Origin: Lytechinus pictus
Lineage: Eukaryota
Length of the DNA stretch: 64,000 nt
Assembly: GCF_037042905.1 (NCBI RefSeq)
Contig: NC_087251.1
Coordinates: forward strand, 35,652,001 to 35,716,000
Reading direction: 5' to 3'
Below the pieces are notes generated by a model that was not told the DNA's origin, did not search any database, and was given only the letters and a program-made list of their open reading frames with translations. Positions within the stretch are counted from its first letter, which is position 1. Each line of letters opens with the position of its first letter. Positions 25,192 through 38,075 of the stretch are shown in pieces. The position numbers and the translations under genes were made by a program.

Positions 25192-25563
25192 TAACAGAGA
25201 ACAAGGTTATATCATATTATTCATAACCTTGTTCATAGAATGAGCGCACCTACCCAAACCATCGGGCGATAAACACTCGATTTTGATTTTGATAATCATT
25301 TTTGAAAATCAGCCACATGTAATGATCATAACATATTTTATTTACAAGTTTAATTAAGTTTACCATCTGCCGGTGGTATTGAGAAATGTTCCAGACCTTG
25401 ATTTCATGTAGTTAGTATGACTGATACAAGTGCCAGGCGTTTAGGAATTTTGTATTTTAAAAAACAAAAATGCATTTCCTATCTTTATATCATTCTGTTT
25501 GGATTTATTTCATTGCTTACAAATCCTTTCTCGTTGGTAGTAGGCAAAAACTTGAACGAAATA

Positions 25564-25746
25564 ATGGCAGGGATACGAGACAAATACGAGGACATTCTGG
25601 ACCCCCGACGGAAAGGATCATCCATCCGGTTCGCATTGCAGACATTGCAAAATCTACCAGAATACAAGCATATGCGCCGACAGACCCCCACAGAAGTAAA
25701 AGAAGAGGTCCTAAAGTCTCAGAGATTAAGGCGTGTTATTGAACAG
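25564..25746 (+). CDS. GNPAT: GNPAT coding exon 1 (MAGIRDKYEDILDPRR...RVIEQ)
   Basis: Matches the GNPAT N-terminus (EDIL.ERR..S.L.FA). Acceptor TAGTAG at 25538-43 upstream of the ATG; donor CAG|GTAAGT; phase 0. Confidence 0.85.
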
Positions 25747-26377
25747 GTAAGTAGAAAAAAAAAAGTTTTATGCTCTTGCTTGAAAAGGAAATTGATCCTG
25801 CTGACAACATATTCTGGGGAAAAAAATTAATGAAAATATCAGAGAAGCAGATACATGTAGATGAGATGTTGAAAGAAAAAAATATGGCTAAAAGGTTTTG
25901 TGGTAATAAAAGATTTCCCATATATCTTGATCCACCTTGGAGAAAAATGCAAAAGTTGCAAATTGGGAATTGCTAATATTAACCCAAGGCAATTAGAGAG
26001 TTGTCCCGAGCATTTCTCAAAATAGAGCAACCAAATTGCCATTTCAAGATTTACACAGATGTAGTGATTGCATATTTCAAACTTGTCTTGTGTGATGCCT
26101 TTCGACTTTCACCATCGTATTTTTCACATTTTTCTGCTTTCATTAATATACCTACAAAGGTCTTTTCAACTTAGCTCTTCCACATCTATTTTATTCTTTA
26201 CTGAAAAAAAGTGATATATGAGAACATGGTTCTATATTACATGTATTTTACAATTATTTGCAGATGTTAAAAGCTACAAGAAACCCTTGCATCTGATTAG
26301 CTGAGAGCAGATTAGTCAGTGAAAATCAACAAAACTTTTTATGAAATACTACCCAATGATATTTTCTTTCTCCCATC

Positions 26378-27335
26378 TTTTAGCTCATCCGGCCCAAAGG
26401 GCCAGATGAGCTTATGCCGTGGCGTCTGTCGTCCATCCACAATTTCAAAATGCTTCTTCGCCATTTCAAGTCCGATTTTAATTCTGTTTGCTTTATATGA
26501 TAGCACTAGGTGGGGATTCAAAACTTCTACACAGAATTTTGAAACTCATTGAATATGCTAATTTATGCGCATTTTTCAAAATTCACAAAAAATGCTTCTT
26601 CTTTATTTGTTGACCGATTTTGAATTTTTTGCTTCCATCTGGTAGAGCTTCATGAGGTTCATCAAACTTCTACACAGAATTTTGAAATTTTTACTCGAAC
26701 AATTTTTATGCTAATTTATGCGAAATTTATTCATAAATCATAGAAAATGCCTCTTCTTTATTTGTTGACCGATTTTGATTTTATTTTTCTTCCATCTGGT
26801 AGAGCTGCATGAGGTTCACCAAACTCATACACAAAATTTTGTCTAGAAAATTATTTATGCTAATTTATGCAAAATTTATTCATAAATCACAAAAATGTTT
26901 TTTCTTCTTCATTTGTTGATCAATTTCAATTTTGTTTCCTTTATATGATAGCTCGAGGTGGTGATACAAAATTTCAACACAGAATTTCAAAACTCATTAA
27001 ATATGCTAATTTATTCATATATTTTCAAAACTCACCAAAAATACTTATTTATTTGTTGAATTTTGATTATTTTTGTTCCATCTGAGAGCTACATATGAGG
27101 TTCACCAAGGTTCTACATAGAAATTTTGACTAGAAAATTATGCTTAATTTATATGAAATTTATTCATAGATCACAAAAAATGCTTCTATGTCATTTCTTC
27201 ATCAATTTCAATTCTATATCCTCAATTTATGTCACCAATATAATTCACTACATTGTCAACTGGGCTGAAATTAAAATTGTGTTAAATTTCGTTGCGAGAT
27301 GCTGGATGAGCTCCACATCATTGATGTGCTAGTTT
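26378..27335 (+). mobile_element. Helentron-associated non-autonomous element (HINE/DINE-1-like), apparently complete
   Basis: 5' TTTTAGCTCATC...ATGAGCT hairpin, GTCC-type microsatellite, tandem core of about 140 bp, 3' sub-TIR GATGAGCT, hairpin CACATCA-T-TGATGTG and CTAGTTT end. Confidence 0.75.
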
Positions 27336-27735
27336 CCTAATTATATATTTATATTCATCTCGGCTTGATCAGAGAAAGGTTCAGAGGAGTGCCTTGAGCA
27401 GCTCACAAGGTGGATATAAGCACAATATGAATACCCCATGTTATATTTATTATTATAGGTTTCTTCCAATTCTGTTGGCTCATTTGATTCAATTCAATTC
27501 ATTTATATTCCACATTCAATTAAAAAAAATTACATCAAAATTTTACAAAATCAATAAAAACATTGCAGGAAACAATAAATAGACACACATTTTATATACA
27601 ATAAGGATGGGTAAAGGTTTGTAGGACCATAGGACTGCCTTGATCGCCTAACAATGTGGAAATGTGCCCGATATGACTGTCCTTTATAACTTTATTATCA
27701 TAGTGTACTTCTTCTTCTCTTGACTCTCATCTCAG

Positions 27736-27912
27736 CTTGTATCAGAGAAAGGTTTAGAGGAGGATGCAATCTACAAGGAAGCAGATGCCATCCTAGAGGA
27801 GATGGGTCACAACCTCAACATGACAACGCTGCGTTCCCTAGCAACCATTTTTGCCAAAATCTTTTGTAAACTCTTCAGGCACGTTTACGTCAACCAAAGT
27901 GGAATTCAAAAG
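27736..27912 (+). CDS. GNPAT: GNPAT coding exon 2 (LVSEKGLEEDAIYKEADAILEEMGHNL...VNQSGIQK)
   Basis: CTCAG| acceptor, 59 codons, AAG|GTAAG; homologous to ILDEMSH.L...VNEEGIQK. Confidence 0.9.
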
Positions 27913-27945
27913 GTAAGTTGAATAACTCTACAGAATACTCTTCAG

Positions 27946-28180
27946 GGCCCGTCTTACAAAGAGTTGAGATTGATCCGATTAACCACAACTATAGATGGCC
28001 AGCAACGTCAGCTTCTGAAATGAAAATTTTTTCAAAATATTTTCTCTTGAAGATTCAGTGTGATTCTCTTTGTTTTCTAAGGAAATTGTCCAAATTTCAT
28101 GCAGATAAAATTATGGTGTGGATGGATTTCCATACAGTTGAGATTGATTGGGTCAATCGTAACTCTTTGTAAGACGGACC
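27946..28180. mobile_element. MITE with CAG TSD (Harbinger-like); further copies at about 31569-31835 and 39336-39606
   Basis: TIR GGCCCGTCTTACAAAGAGTT / AACTCTTTGTAAGACGGACC flanked by CAG on both sides; three dispersed copies. Confidence 0.8.
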
Positions 28181-29436
28181 CAGTTGTAACAGTAGAGCAC
28201 TTGGTCTAACCCACTTTGTCTATTTTCCATTTGTTCTTGTTCCACATGGTCTAATCCTATTCCGTCCACAGACAATTCATCTTATAACCTTCGGTCTAAT
28301 AGCCATTCCGTATACCTTTTTTTTCTAATTTGAATTGTGCTATACCCTTTGTATCTATGTATCTAATATCCCTGGTTTAACACTGCTTAATCTGTTTGAT
28401 TTAGATAAAATGTTTATGAATCAAATTTTGAGTCGAAAAATATATATATAATGATTAGTAGACAAAGGTTAGACCATCTAGGCATTAGAATTTAAAAATT
28501 TTACCAAGTGTAGACCCAATGGCCCTGATTCATCGATGGTGAAGACAATAATCTATATATACTTCCTAGACAATTATGAATGATTTGAGAGCCAAATGAG
28601 CTGAAATATCATATCCCTACTGTTAGTGATTTATGTAACAATTGGCTGTCCATACTTAAACCACAACTTTAAACCTGAGTTTAAGTTAAACCCGACTTCA
28701 GAATATGGGCCAATGGGTTTAGCCTATGTTGTATTACTATCTGAAAAGTAGACCAACTGCTTGTATTCCAGAGAGCATGGTATCTGATTTAAAACCAGAA
28801 TGTATTTTACTTCGTTATTTTTGTCTATTAGAAATTTATGTTTTGTTTTTTTTCATTTGATATTTATTTAATAACCCACTTTTCAACTCATTAATATTTG
28901 TGGGTTGATAATATTTTTAATTTGATTAACTGGATTTGCTATTTATTTTGGTGAATTCAAAAGTACTATAAGACTTGTAAATCAATAAATCTTTCTTGTT
29001 ATTATCTAAAATGAATGATATTTCAGTAATCATGTTTATCATTAGTGTTGGTCGACATTTGATTTCAATGTTAGTTGATTATCGCCAGCAAAATATTGTC
29101 AGTAACACGATATATTGCAGAGTCCAACAATTCAATATATACGTTCGTTATGAGCTGCAATTCAGTGCGAACAGGGAAGGGGGAGATGAAAGTAAGCAGT
29201 GTTTGTCCATGAAAAACGGGCATTTGGGTACCAATTTGAGAAGTTCGGAGTTGGTTTATAGCAATGCAGAGCAGCATTTGTGGTCAATATATAGTTTTAA
29301 ACTTTTCATAATGAAAAATATATGAACATAATCATAAAAACATTATCCAATACTCAATTATTTTTTTATATTGCATAATTTTGATAATCAAACTATTGCC
29401 CAGCATTATTTATCATTTCATATCATTTTCTTTTAG

Positions 29437-29566
29437 ATGAGAGCAAAGATGAAGGATACTCCGGTTGTGCTTCTGCCAACCCATCGCAGCTATCTGGATT
29501 TTCTTCTGATGTCTTACATCCTCTTCCACTTTCATCTTCCTCTTCCTTATATTGCTGCCGGAGCAG
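29437..29566 (+). CDS. GNPAT: GNPAT coding exon 3 with catalytic HxxxxD motif (LLPTHRSYLDF)
   Basis: Acyltransferase block I; TTTTAG| acceptor and G|GTATGG donor; ends in phase 1. Confidence 0.95.
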
Positions 29567-29604
29567 GTATGGAGCACACTCTTTCATGCACTATACTGGA
29601 TTAC

Positions 29605-29790
29605 CGGTGTGTTGGCTCAATTGGTAGAGCGTCCGTCTCACAACCGGGAGGTCGGGGGTTCAAACCCCGGCCGCGTCAGACCAAAAGACGTTAAAAGATG
29701 GGAGTTGCTGCTACCCTGTTTGGCGTTCAACAATTAAAGGGATAGAGTCTCGTCGATCTGGCGCTGCACAGCGGATGCCCGGCCCACGAT
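29605..29790 (+). mobile_element. tRNA-derived SINE
   Basis: TGGCTCAATTGGTAGAGCG (A box) and GGTTCAAACCCC (B box), followed by a non-tRNA body. The acceptor stem does not pair. Confidence 0.75.
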
Positions 29791-30387
29791 CAACTGGGCA
29801 AAGCAAATTTCATGTCTATTTCGACCAATAAAATATGGATTTTCATCATGTGCCCACAAATATTAAGATCTTCTAGTCTTCAGCTTTTTTTCATTTAAAC
29901 CCCAATACAGGGTGTAATAGACTTACACAAGGATAAATTAGTACCAATATTTGGAGTCTATGTGGTCCAGTAGAGGCGCATTAAATTCTTACAACAAATA
30001 GATATGCCATGATTATTGATTGACGATCTTGCATTAGGGTGCTTAAAATAAATGCTTGCACCCCTTCCTCTGAAAAACCAATGATCATTTATTTAAGTGA
30101 TAATTTTTGTCCTCTTACATTTTAAATTGCCGTTAGATCCTTGGGGTACTATTGGTGTATGAAAGCTATTTCATAATAGTAACAACCATAAACAATTTTT
30201 TTTCATCATCCATGGATTTCTTGTAATATATTGCACACCTTAATGCAATATTGACCTTTGTCAAATTGTATTTTTTTTATCATAAGATTTGATAAGTTGC
30301 TCATCATCCAGTAACAAAGCTTTATTGCTAAGAGCAGATAATTTTCAAGTAACTTTTTAATCTCGTGCTGTACTTCATTTGAACCAG

Positions 30388-30591
30388 ATTTCATGCATAT
30401 GAACTTTGTCGGTGAGATCTTGAGGAAGTGTGGTGCATTCTACATCCGACGATCGTTCGGCTCGGACCGTCTCTACTGGGCGATCTTCACCGAATATGTC
30501 CAGATAAACCTCAGCAACAGCGAAGGTCCTCTGGAATTCTTCATCGAAGGAACCAGAAGCCGCACAGGAAAGTTCTTATCGCCCAAACTAG
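30388..30591 (+). CDS. GNPAT: GNPAT coding exon 4 (GAFYIRR ... FFIEGTRSRTGK)
   Basis: Acyltransferase blocks II and III; CCAG| acceptor and G|GTGAG donor; phase 1-1. Confidence 0.95.
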
Positions 30592-32981
30592 GTGAGGTAT
30601 GTTTGGTGTAGTGGTTGATGAGGTTGTTGTATCTGGCTACAAAATAATACACGCCTGCCAAGGTGATCCCGTTTAATAGGAATGTTTCTATTTTGGGGAA
30701 AATAAAATTGGCTTTTTGAACCATGCATTCCTCCTATTTCTGTGAAAAAAATTTCTGCCGTATTCAAGATGAAATTTAAGAATGACCCTATTTCTGGGAA
30801 TTTCTAAGTAATTTGTGTCTTGAATCTCAGGGTTGGTAGGTATGAAAGTATGAATGATTGCTTGGAATGCAAACAGAGGACTGATGGCTGAGGTCCTCTC
30901 CCAAAAAAAAAGGTTTGTTTAGAAACTTTGATGTAATGGAGGACAAAACTAGGTTTGGTCAGTCAGCTTTATTTTAGATATAATGAAAATGCTCCTAGAT
31001 CTGTATTTTCATGTGTGTGCTGCAGGGACTCCTTACATATTATATAAAACTCAAACTTTTATGCACATTGCACATTATATATATCTGCTCATGATATAGA
31101 TACTGTTCTTCTCTGCCATTGGCCGAGTTTTTTTTTAAACTCTTATGTTAAAGAAAAAATGATGAAAACATGGGTAAATAAGGGTTGGTTGGCACTTCTT
31201 TAAAATGGCAAAATTAATTAAATGCATAGTTTGAAAAGGGGTCAATAATGAATGCATGCTTTTGCCAGATGGTGCTAAATTCACACCTGTCACTAACAAT
31301 ACGGCATTAATGAGGCAAAGTCTGTTTATGTACATTAATTAACATGTACATTGACTGATTAACTAAATAGTGGTATCATGTAATGCTGTAGCCTTAGTAA
31401 CAATCGTCAACAAAAAAATTACAGAAGCTTTATCGGTAAATGCACCAAATTAAGCATAATCTGGGTATAAAATCTACAGACACCATGGTTTCAAACCACA
31501 GCTTCAAAAAAAAACCTTTGCGAATTTGGGCCAAAGACTTCCAATTCTCTCAGGAGACATTCAACCTTGGCCTTGTCTTACAAAGAGTTACGATTTATAC
31601 AAAACAATCTTAACTGTATGGAAATCCATCCATACCATAATTTTTTCTACAGGAAATTAGCTCAATCTCCTTAGTAAACAAAGAGAGTCAGACTGAATCT
31701 TCAAGAGAATGATGAATGCATGAAAAAACATATCTGAAAAAAATTTGAACTAATTTGCATTTTAGATGTTGACCTTGCTGGCCGTCCATAGTTGTGGTTG
31801 ATCGAATCAATCGCAACTCTGTAAGACGGGGGGCCCTGATATGTAATGTGTGGGTTGGTACTTCTCAGGTCCAGGGTACCACCTCTGAAGTGAGAGATTG
31901 CACTGAACCAACAATGGTTCTCTCCTCACTAATCTCTTGAATTTGCATAATGATTAATCGTGTGTTTACAGATTATGGACCATAAGAATTGGTGTACCAT
32001 TCTTCAGTTTACTTGGCTGCACTGAATAAACACTCCACTGACAGTTGCTGACATAGGATTATTTGCATGTCTGATTGTATGATGATTAACTAGTCCTCTG
32101 TGACCTTGACAAGGGGGCAATCACAGACTTACATGTATACTGCTTCCAATGAAATTAATGTTATTCACATCTGTATAATAAGGCTCTACATTGGAAAGGT
32201 TATTGTTATGATTTCAACGACTGTATTCAATTTTTTTTTTTTAGCATCTGTATATATTCATTTATTTATTTCTATTATTTATTCTATTCTATTTATTTTT
32301 CACAATTCTATATATTTATTAATTCTTTTTTTTTTCAAATGATATTATTGATATCATTATTTTTATATCGGGGGGGGGGGGGGTGGGATTCTTCCATCTA
32401 GACTATTGAATAAAATATCCCAAGGACGGATGGACAAATGTTCATAATGTCATACCAACATCCAAGAAGGTAGCTATATTGAAGTAGCTTGTGAATATGG
32501 TATCTCAAGTACTGATTGACTTTTTTTAGCCAGTTCAATTTTCTTTTATGGTCCAATGCTTTGGTACATCTTAAAAATAGTAAGAATGTTACATGTTGAA
32601 CATTTCCAACGTCTGTATATAAGACACCTCCTATTTACTTTGCCTGATTGATGCAGATTTAATTCACATACCGAATGTTTCATTTTTATCTTCTTTCTTT
32701 TGTTCTTGCCCTTCTTTATTTCATATTGTAAAAATTTGTGTTATTTTATCTTTGTACGTTTACTGTAAGGGGTCATTTTTAATAAGCCATTAATTGTGCT
32801 TTTTATGATCCCCACTATACTAGTATTGAAATGTATTGAATATTATATTGAATTGTATATATTGTTGTTTTTTAAAGTGAAAATAAATTGAATTGAATTG
32901 AAATTGAATTTAATTATTTTTTATTAATTCAGAGGTGTTGACAGTTCGGTAAATTCTGATTTGCTTCTTGTTTTTTTACAG

Positions 32982-33133
32982 GGCTGCTGTCTGTTGTTAT
33001 TGAACCATTCCTAAAGGGTGCGGTTCCCGACGTCACCCTCGTGCCTATTAGTATGAGCTATGAGAGAATAGTAGAAGAGAAACTACATGCCCAAGAGATG
33101 TTAGGCATACCTAAACCTAAAGAATCAACTTCA
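32982..33133 (+). CDS. GNPAT: GNPAT coding exon 5 (LLSVVIEPF...[14 protein letters not shown]...[10 protein letters not shown])
   Basis: Block IV and the KPKES motif; TTACAG| acceptor and |GTAAGT donor; phase 1-0. Confidence 0.95.
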
Positions 33134-34003
33134 GTAAGTACTTTTCTGTTGTAATTCATTTATTTTTATTGAAGGATGTAACAGTATACAAATAATGCAA
33201 GTAAGCGCGTGCATGCATTGCCAAATAATGAACGATGTTCGAGAAGAGCCAATGTATGTACCGCACCGAGGCCCGCAGGAACGAGTGCGGTATATCCATT
33301 TGGCGAGTCAAGCACAGAGTTCATTATTTAGGTCCTCTATGCACAAGAATACGTGTATTGTTTGTTTTATACACCCCCCCCCCTTCCATATGCTACTGAG
33401 TTGCCCCGAATACTATATTTGATCTAAATTCTAGATATTTCTAGATAATTACAGACCTCGCACTATCCTGTGCATTTTGGATGCAGTAGTGCGATTCGCT
33501 GAATATCATGTGATCCGATTTGGACCAATCAGATTACAAAACATTCTTGGGAGTTGTATAATATTTCATAATCAAAGAGACATTTGAAAATATGTAGTAA
33601 GCCAGTGAGAGAAAAATTGTTAATTGAATGAACTGAAAACAAATATTAGCTACATATAGGGTACTTGTAACATTGCAATGGTTAATGTAAAAGTTTTGAC
33701 TGTATGTACTCCAGAATCCATTTATTTTGTTAGTGTTTTTTCAAATTAATCATAATGTGTTTTGAAAGTGATCAATGTGAATGTAAAATTCTTGCTCTGT
33801 GAGAGTTTATGATAATATTACTGTGTTCAAAATTGCAACTTTTTGTGTCACTCTTTTTGTCTGCAATAATTCTAGCTGTATGACTTAATATCCATATGAA
33901 TGTACATTGTAAAGTAGTTTATGTATGTAACATGTGCATTGTGCATCAATCTGCTTTTGTATTTCATAAGTGTTTGATGATAAATTTTGCCCTCGTTTTG
34001 CAG

Positions 34004-34131
34004 GGTTTGGTGAAAGCGAGGAGTATTTTTCAAGAGGATTTTGGAAGCATAGTTGTTCATTTCTGCGATCCCATTTCTTTGAGAGATCAGATGAAGTCCA
34101 TTGATCGATCAAGGCATAATCTTATTCCAAG
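34004..34131 (+). CDS. GNPAT: GNPAT coding exon 6 (GLVKARSIFQEDFGSIVVHFCDPISLR...NLIPR)
   Basis: Homologous to [27 protein letters not shown]; phase 0-2; canonical splice sites. Confidence 0.93.
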
Positions 34132-34296
34132 GTAAGACTGGTCAATTACCACTTGGTCTACAGGCCTGGGGGTTGTTTCACAAAGATTAAAGCGTGACCT
34201 CGAGTCGCACTCATATACCCAGTTGCTTGCGGTATAAAAAGAATTACCTCATTGGTCAAATAATGCTAAGAACACACGTGCTACTGCGTATAAATC

Positions 34297-34456
34297 TAGT
34301 CTGCTGTGCAAACCCTTCACTCGAGTTAAGGGTCTGAATGTGCAGCCTACTCATGCCTTGTGTACTGGAGGCCCAGCAAGTTTTGTATGTGCTAGTCTTT
34401 GCGTGGAGACACACTTGCTGATCAAAGTTTCAATCAGGGTCTGTGCCTGCAGACTA
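34297..34456. mobile_element. 160-bp element, TAG...CTA termini, 9-bp TSD GTATAAATC (AcademH-like signature), nested in a MITE (about 34168-34550)
   Basis: GTATAAATC|TAGTCTGC ... GCAGACTA|GTATAAATC. Confidence 0.75.
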
Positions 34457-36181
34457 GTATAAATCAATAAGATTACGAGTTACATATCATGTAGGGATCA
34501 GGATCAAGCATGGTTCTAACTCACACTTAATTCTTTATGAAACACCCCCCGCTCTGCACCCACTTTGGCTAGTTTCCATTTGGTCTCATCCCTCTACTTA
34601 TTAGTATTGGTATGAACGCTGAATTGCTGATTATCCAAATATTATAGAATATGAATCCCTTTTAATTTGATTTAAAAGTGAAACTAAATTTAAGCTGTTG
34701 TGTTACTCAACAATAGATACATAATGAAAAAAACAACCTTTATTCTTAAAATATTTTGGGGCGTTCCTCGCTGCCCATGTAGGAGATTGTAGCAGCCAGC
34801 TATGGGGGCCGCGGACCACCAGTTGAGAAGTGCTGGTCTATATGGGTAAACTAAATGTTTATAAACAAAATTTTATTAGATGAATAATGAATAAATGAGT
34901 AGACGGAGTGGAACTTAGTCCAACTGGGAATTAGACTAAATTAGAATGAAAACCAAGTGGGTAGTAGATTAGAGTGTTGAGACCGATTTGATAGTAGACC
35001 AAATGGGTTTAGCCTGTTTGGTATCAAACTGAACTGAGTACATGTAGTAGACCAAGTTCTTGTAGACCAAGTAAATATAAACCATATGAGTTAGTGACAC
35101 TACATATGGTCCTGTGCCATTTGCTCTGGTCTTCAGGGTATAGGGTTTATAGAGTCTTTGGTTCAGAATAATGTACATATAAGGATAGGGTTTATTAAGT
35201 TTGGGAGATTTGGTTTTATATTTTGCTTAACATGCAGATTTTCCATCGGAGCAATTGTCGCCCAAGCAAATGTCATGTAACCATTTCCTTTAACCCTAAA
35301 AGGACTGGGCTATTTGAGATGTATTGAGGACGGGGGGGGGGGGGGGGGGCATCTGATCTCGGCTGTCGTTCGCGTGTTCGCGCCAAAATTTGACACACAC
35401 ATTCTTTACCACATAAAATACAAGCCAGTATAAAAAAAATTCTCAGAATAATTATTTCTTATTCATTATGAACAAAATATGCAAATATATTAATTTCACT
35501 TCAAATTTTCTTCTTTTTTTTCCAGATGTCATCTTTGTAATCTATTTTAAATGATTCCACAAAGAAAAATTGTGAAAGCCAATTTTTTCCTTATGTATTT
35601 CTTTGTTTTTAGAATTTCTTATGTATTTTGTTGTTTTTCATCTTTTGTTTTTCATTGTTTTTTTGGAATGGAAATTATTACAGACTATTTAACAACTAAA
35701 TTAAACCCTAAATTCATTAAGCAGAACAATTAGACCAAAATTAATCACCATTTTATGAATTTCATCTCCCATAGACTTTGTACACAAAGTATGAAAATGA
35801 GCCATAAAAATGAGCCATTTTCGGCATGACATTGTCCTGTAAAAATTCATGTGGCGTCACGATGCTATACCTGTATGTTGAGAATTTGGTCTCAAAAGTT
35901 GCGCGAGACTTTAAAGAAAAAAGTCCTAAAATTTTGCGGTGCTATCTTTTTGCGTTTTAGAAATATCGCGCAAAGCGTCGAGGGGGACTATGTGACTGGG
36001 TCTACTGTTAGTGTCCAGTTAGCGCTAACAACGTTCCTGTGCAGGTGGTGCAGGACTGCTGGTTGTTAACTTGTTAGTGAGATTTTGAAGGTGCTAACAG
36101 GATCATTCCTCTGGTGAAGTCCTATCTCATGACAGTCCTCATCCTTTTGCTCACCTTCTCTTGAAAACTGTGACTCCTTAG

Positions 36182-36402
36182 GTTCATGTTCTCCGTGACC
36201 CCAGAAGAGCATGCGACAATAGGCAGCGTTGCCCAGGCAGTACAGGAGGTGCAACGGGACCACATCATCATGTCACCGTGGGTGCTGTGCGCAGCATGCC
36301 TGCTTCAACAACCCGATTCCTACAGCGTAAGGGAACTCACAAGCCAAGTGACGTGGCTCAAGGACATGGTCAGGCAGTACAGGATTCAAGTGGATTGGCC
36401 AA
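36182..36402 (+). CDS. GNPAT: GNPAT coding exon 7 (FMFSVTPEEH...MSPWVLCAACLLQ...WLK...VDWP)
   Basis: Homologous to SPWTLIVAVLLQ...WLK...WP; phase 2-1; donor A|GTAAGG. Confidence 0.9.
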
Positions 36403-36524
36403 GTAAGGACTTTTCTTTCTTTGTTCATCCGTAGGACTTCAATTGCTTATTGTTCTTTTTCATATAGGTTTCAATATCCTATTTGTAATATGTTAAGCTC
36501 TCCTGAATATTTAATGACAATTGT

Positions 36525-37522
<998 letters not shown>

Positions 37523-37811
37523 GGAGCGGTATAAGTGTTAATAGTAATCGTAGTCAAAGTTGTCACAGAAGTAATACTGTAAGTTTCAAATTCTGTGAGA
37601 AAACAGGTGTTGAAGTGATTCACTTTTCATTCCTGATCATTTTCTCAATGGCGAATTGCATGGCATCATTGAGGCATCATTTCTTATTCACCACAATAGT
37701 GGAAGGATTGCTAGTAGTAGCAACAGTAGCAGCTGCAACTGTACATTCATGTAGACAATATCTAACGTGCTTTACTTTTCATTCTCTTTCTGTCTTTGAT
37801 CAATGGTGCAG

Positions 37812-38075
37812 TTGGTAGGGGGTCACATGACATCATCAATTCAGCATTCAAGATTCACCACAGCCTCATCAAACAGCACAAAGATGGCCGCGTCGCATTG
37901 AGTCGCTCCCTCTACAGTCCAGATGCCACTGTAGATACATCGACAATAGAGGGCGTCCTGACGCATGCAGCTGTTCACATGGACCTAGCTATGTATCGCA
38001 ATTACCTGGCTGCATCCGTCGCTACACAGGGGATGTTATCCCTTTCTTTCTGTGGCTTGGACAAATGCTCTCAAG
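37812..38075 (+). CDS. GNPAT: GNPAT coding exon 8 (GRGSHDIINSAF...LAMYRNYL...KCSQ)
   Basis: TGCAG| acceptor fits phase 1; conserved L..YRN.L; donor G|GTGAT. Confidence 0.85.

Noticed and set aside
25417..25563. N-terminal extension of the 137-aa ORF (MTDTSARR...)
   Set aside because: Mostly AT-rich intron-like sequence upstream of the acceptor at 25538-43; homology to GNPAT starts near ATG 25564.
29605..29680. Possible tRNA gene
   Set aside because: A and B boxes are present, but the acceptor stem does not pair and it continues into a SINE body. The same applies to 8219, 10144 and 41390.
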